Below are positions 8,483-8,865 of a DNA stretch of 8,865 nucleotides, one piece after another. Each line of letters starts with the position of its first letter. Within the stretch, counting starts at the first letter, position 1. The DNA comes from Selaginella moellendorffii (Eukaryota > Plantae > Lycopodiophyta), in assembly GCF_000143415.4 (NCBI RefSeq), contig NW_003314647.1, positions 1-8,865 on the forward strand, read 5' to 3'. The notes under the pieces are model-generated. The model did not search any database. It was not told the origin of the DNA and saw only the letters and a program-made list of their open reading frames with translations. The translations under genes were made by a program, and so were the position numbers.

Positions 8483-8865
8483 TGTCGCGAATGTGACTTC
8501 GGGTATCGAAAGTTACCTGTTGGCCAGTCCTTACGGACACTCTTACCTTACTGCCACGACGGCAGGAGGTCGGTATTGCTGGACCCATTATTAGTCTCCA
8601 CCTAAGCTAGTTGAGAAACTGGTCCTCGCGTGTGCACTTGACCAGATGGGCATAAGGACGGAATTCCAAGTGCTATTAGTCAAGCATACTTGACCTAGTT
8701 AGAGAAACTCATTCGTTGACTTGCACTTGCTAGTGTTGGGAACCCCCGCGATATTGAGCTTGGTCCCTCAACATCGCTAGATGATAGCTTACCGTGTCTG
8801 CCAAACACCCTCACTATCATGCCCTTTGTGTTAGTCTCAATTCGTCCCAGATGCTATTTATGGAA
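8483..8865 (+). repeat. LTR, 5' (U3) part; runs off the window end
   Basis: Starts TGTCGCG right after the PPT; homologous to 2348-2736. Confidence 0.75.
8855..8861 (+). promoter_or_regulatory. Candidate LTR TATA-like box (TATTTAT), copy 2
   Basis: Same motif at the homologous position as 2726-2732. Confidence 0.35.

Larger units (their letters stand above)
3696..8865 (+). mobile_element. Non-autonomous (LARD-like) LTR retroelement, copy 2: ~4.8 kb non-coding internal region, PPT and 5' part of LTR (truncated by window end)
   Basis: PPT 8470-8482 is followed by TG at 8483. 6142-8865 is homologous to 1-2736. 3696-6141 shares the T/G skew and hairpin-rich texture, so it is inferred to be the upstream internal region. 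No ORF longer than 76 aa. Confidence 0.72.
6142..8865 (+). repeat. Long direct repeat, copy 2 (partner 1-2736)
   Basis: Direct alignment by eye; for example GATATCATTTGGT, GGGCCAGTATAGGCAGACTGGCTT and TATCATGCCCTTTGTGTTAGTCTCA occur in both copies in the same order. Confidence 0.97.

Noticed and set aside
1-8865. CRISPR array, rRNA/tRNA genes or a prokaryotic operon
   Set aside because: No regularly spaced short repeats, no recognisable rRNA or tRNA sequence, and no gene-dense coding structure.

Overview
This window is eukaryotic (most likely land-plant) repetitive DNA with no credible protein-coding gene. It holds two head-to-tail, same-strand copies of a large non-coding LTR retroelement (LARD-like, probably Ty3/Gypsy chromovirus-derived). 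The layout is: 3' internal region (1-2334), polypurine tract (PPT, 2335-2347), LTR starting TG at 2348, a 945-N gap (2751-3695), internal region (3696-8469), PPT (8470-8482) and a second LTR starting TG at 8483. Bases 1-2736 repeat at 6142-8865, a period of about 6.13-6.14 kb including the gap. The LTR 3' end and primer-binding site are not visible and presumably lie in the gap. The roughly 4.8 kb internal region has no gag/pol ORF. It is strongly T+G-skewed on the + strand and carries many short stem-loops, several of which differ between copies by G.U-compatible or compensatory changes. A densely paired domain of about 520 nt lies just upstream of the PPT. The best hypothesis is a multi-kilobase structured parasitic RNA mobilised in trans. 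All pairings and difference counts were made by eye and need computational confirmation.
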